From the NCBI GenBank assembly GCA_048939465.1, contig JBHLPL010000095.1, positions 1 to 7,542 of the forward strand: a stretch of 7,542 nt of DNA, read 5' to 3'. The stretch is from Promethearchaeota archaeon. Lineage in GTDB: Archaea > Asgardarchaeota > Odinarchaeia > Odinarchaeales > JBHLKK01. Position numbers and translations under genes: made by a program. This document shows, one piece after another, positions 6,643 to 7,542 of the stretch. Position 1 is the first letter of the stretch; each line of letters begins with the position of its first letter. The notes beneath the pieces were generated by a model. The model had not been told where the DNA came from, searched no databases, and worked only from the letters and a program-made list of their open reading frames with translations.

Positions 6643-6968
6643 CAGTGCAGTATATGATTTAGAAATTCCTCTTTTGTGAGAACTAAATTTTTTGTGTCTT
6701 CTGCCATTGGATTTATTATCAATTCATCAAAATCCATACCTCCCTCACTTAGCCAGACTACTCTAAAAGTACTTAAAGGAATTTCAACTGGTCTAACTGA
6801 ATCGATAGATTCATTTGAGATATAATCTACCGCATTTTCCTTGTTGGGCCAAACCGGAAGAGCTGAGTTTCCTTCATCGTCAGATAGGATTAGCACATCG
6901 ATATTTTTAATTGCTACCCATACATTTCCATTTTCCAATACTTCTTGAAAAAATTCATCTTTGTTCAT
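6642..6968 (-). CDS. DUF2750-like small acidic protein
   Basis: 108 aa; 'FF.EV......VW', 'ALPVWP..E.A' and 'VEIPL..F...WL' resemble DUF2750. GGGAG lies upstream. Confidence 0.62.
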   Translation of the reverse strand: MNKDEFFQEVLENGNVWVAIKNIDVLILSDDEGNSALPVWPNKENAVDYISNESIDSVRPVEIPLSTFRVVWLSEGGMDFDELIINPMAEDTKNLVLTKEEFLNHILH

Positions 6969-7000
6969 GACTTCTATAACTCCCTTTTTCGAAACACACT

Positions 7001-7067
7001 AATCAGCTTGAGGAGCGTAAGAGAAGCAGTAGCGTAACTCTCGTCCTTCTCTAAGCTCTTGTTGGGC
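7001..7067 (-). other. attC site of AAC(2')-like cassette (R' end apparently deleted/decayed)
   Basis: GCCCAAC-AAGA-GCTTAGAG-AAGGA-CG-AGAG-TTACGCTACTGCTT-CTCT-TACG-CTCCT-CAAGC-TGATT. L'' and L' pair, but L' runs directly into TGATT with no spacer or GTT. Confidence 0.7.
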
Positions 7068-7088
7068 GAATATTCATGAATTTCGCCC
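7064..7088. repeat. Near-perfect 25-bp palindrome in cassette 3' UTR
   Basis: gggcgaa-t-attcatgaat-ttcgccc; it overlaps R'' of the adjacent attC and has no U-tract on either strand. Confidence 0.6.
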
Positions 7089-7103
7089 GATCCATCTGAA
7101 GGA

Positions 7104-7542
7104 TTACCAAGGAAGGGCACATAAATCTATCGCTCCTGTTTGCCATGGTATCTGCCCACGTTCAAAAACCATCATAAGTCTTGGGAATATCATTTTACCT
7201 TGTGGCTGATAGAACGAAGTAGGACCATCAACAACCTTCCATCCAAGTTTTTCATAAAAAGAAGCTACTTCATCTCTGCAAAGCAATAGTCCAAAATCAA
7301 TATTAAAATCGCTAGAGATAAATACCGCCGTGTTTTTGAGCATACAACTGCCAATTCCATTTCTTGTACATTCAGATCGGGTTATTACGCCGGTAATTCC
7401 GCCCACATTCAGAGAATGCTTATTAAAAGATATCTTACGCTCAAGGATATTTACCCTCCTGATTATCTCAGAGTCAGATGTTGAACGAACATAATATTCC
7501 GGTTGAGCCCATTGAATAGGAATGTTGCCGAATTCTTCATTG
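7104..7542 (-). CDS. GNAT acetyltransferase, AAC(2')-like/Eis N-terminal type (5'-partial)
   Basis: The frame stays open from the track's GTG at 7406 to the window edge (…NEEFGNIPIQWAQPEYYVRSTSDSEIIRRVNILERKISFNKHSLNVGGITGV…). Motifs are 'GGITGVIT', 'RNGIGS', 'FYEKLGW', 'GPTSF.QPQG' and terminal 'IDLCALPW'. Confidence 0.82.
   Translation of the reverse strand, partial: NEEFGNIPIQWAQPEYYVRSTSDSEIIRRVNILERKISFNKHSLNVGGITGVITRSECTRNGIGSCMLKNTAVFISSDFNIDFGLLLCRDEVASFYEKLGWKVVDGPTSFYQPQGKMIFPRLMMVFERGQIPWQTGAIDLCALPW

Larger units (their letters stand above)
123..7542 (-). mobile_element. Integron gene-cassette array (at least 10 cassettes; integrase/attI not in window)
   Basis: Ten co-oriented, functionally unrelated ORFs are separated by short spacers holding attC-like palindromes. 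Core/inverse-core pairs per cassette: GTTCTAG/GTAGAAC, GTTCGGAA/TTCCGAAC, GTTATGG/CTATAAC, GTTCGGCTA/TAGCCAAC, GTTAGAT/AGCTAAC, GTTGTGG/CCATAGC, GCTGATT/AATCAAC. Base composition visibly changes between genes. Confidence 0.92.

Noticed and set aside
123-7088. Spacer palindromes as rho-independent terminators, or as a CRISPR array
   Set aside because: They lack U-tracts, are not identical repeats, are separated by whole genes, and carry R/L box structure typical of attC.
194-7542. Interpretation as a single functional operon or pathway
   Set aside because: The functions are unrelated, composition differs between genes, and each gene has its own recombination boundaries. Co-orientation is explained by cassette integration.

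Overview
The window is a segment of an integron gene-cassette array. Ten unrelated genes all lie on the minus strand, and each is followed by a 50-85 bp imperfect palindrome with attC hallmarks (inverse core RYYYAAC-like ... core GTTRRRY-like). For most cassettes the 7-bp core upstream of the gene is nearly the reverse complement of the inverse core downstream, as expected for integrated cassette circles. In transcription order (right to left) the cargo is: AAC(2')-like GNAT (5'-truncated by the window), DUF2750-like protein, GAF protein with a Cys/His-rich C-terminal domain, GT2 glycosyltransferase, small membrane protein, monoheme cytochrome c, RimJ/RimL-type GNAT, large transglutaminase-like putative lipoprotein, ADP-ribosylglycohydrolase, and YdeI/OmpD-associated protein. 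No integrase or attI is visible; if linked, it should lie beyond position 7542. Many attC sites are decayed in R or L boxes, suggesting an old, partly frozen distal part of an array or a CALIN. After the last attC (~123) there is a GC-rich hairpin resembling a REP/IS200-IS605-type end. All family calls come from motif recognition, not database searches.
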